A DNA stretch of 63,009 nucleotides, filler included, from Chiloscyllium plagiosum (lineage: Eukaryota): the NCBI RefSeq assembly GCF_004010195.1. It is 5 parts of one record of this genome, joined end to end, with 100 filler letters (N's around TTAATTAATTAA, not from the genome) between each part and the next. Parts side by side here need not be neighbours in the genome. Positions count along the whole stretch, not along the records: positions 56,938 to 63,009 come from NC_057712.1; 4 more parts are not named here. The stretch is one strand, 5' to 3'. This document shows, piece by piece, positions 62,530 to 63,009 of the stretch. Under the pieces are notes generated by a model. The model was not told the DNA's origin. It did no database searches and was given only the letters and a program-made list of their open reading frames with translations. A program made the position numbers and the translations under genes. The stretch's first letter is position 1. The number at the start of each line of letters is the position of its first letter.

Positions 62530-63009
62530 TTAAAGGATTTAAATTCTTGGATCACTGGGGTATGTATAAGTTATACAAGAGAGACAGTTTGCACCTTAAT
62601 AGGTTGGGGACCAGCATTCCGGCAGGCAGGTTTGCTACTGCAACACAGCTATGTTTAAACTAAGTAGCGGGGGGGAGAGGGGACAAATTGGATGTTTAAG
62701 AAAGAAATTGAAGGGAAAGTTAGAACAAGGGAAGTCAAGAAAGATAACTGTATTAATGAGGCAGAAAACTCAAAAAGGGATCATGCTGTAAGGTTGAGTG
62801 AAATAGGAGTTGATGGGAAGGGTGAGGGCAGTAACAAATTAAAAATACTACACATGAATGCACGAAGCATTAGAAATAAGACGGATGAGCTTGAGGCTGT
62901 TTGGAAATTGGCAGATATGATATTGTGGGGATAACTGAGACATGGCTTCAAGTGGACAGGGCCTGGGAAATGAATATTCAAGGCTACACGTGCTATCGTA
63001 AGGACAGAT
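62530..63009 (+). mobile_element. CR1 LINE ORF1 end and ORF2 endonuclease start, truncated by the window edge
   Basis: FKFLDHWG and LYKRDSLHLN, then LKILHMNARSIRNKTDELE and gataactgagacatggct (ITETW). Confidence 0.85.

Overview
This is eukaryotic, repeat-dense DNA, most likely from a shark or other elasmobranch, based on HE1-type tRNA SINEs and HER1/CR1 LINEs that share 3' tails. I found one host gene: four phase-compatible minus-strand exons (40828-40747, 38209-37977, 33678-33562, 29787-29632) of an axonemal dynein heavy chain resembling DNAH14. They cover the AAA2-AAA3 linker up to the start of the AAA3 P-loop. The rest appears intronic: nested decayed CR1, Rex1/Babar and other non-LTR fragments, about nine SINE copies, four Penelope-like element (PLE) bodies, four minisatellites (26, 30, 33 and 41 bp units, two or three apparently born from TE sequence), a CT-rich tract and five assembly gaps. 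The most notable signal is a recurring minimal hammerhead ribozyme motif (CTGANGA, stem II hairpin, GAAA, palindromic ACGT/AGCT, then H) in the termini of about four PLE families. It occurs as solo ~90-180 bp insertions with 12-16 bp target-site duplications (TSDs), as fold-back hairpins, and as a 155-bp tandem dimer (11584-11896) with retrozyme-like architecture. TE boundaries are approximate and read by eye, family names come from motif recognition, and no searches were run.
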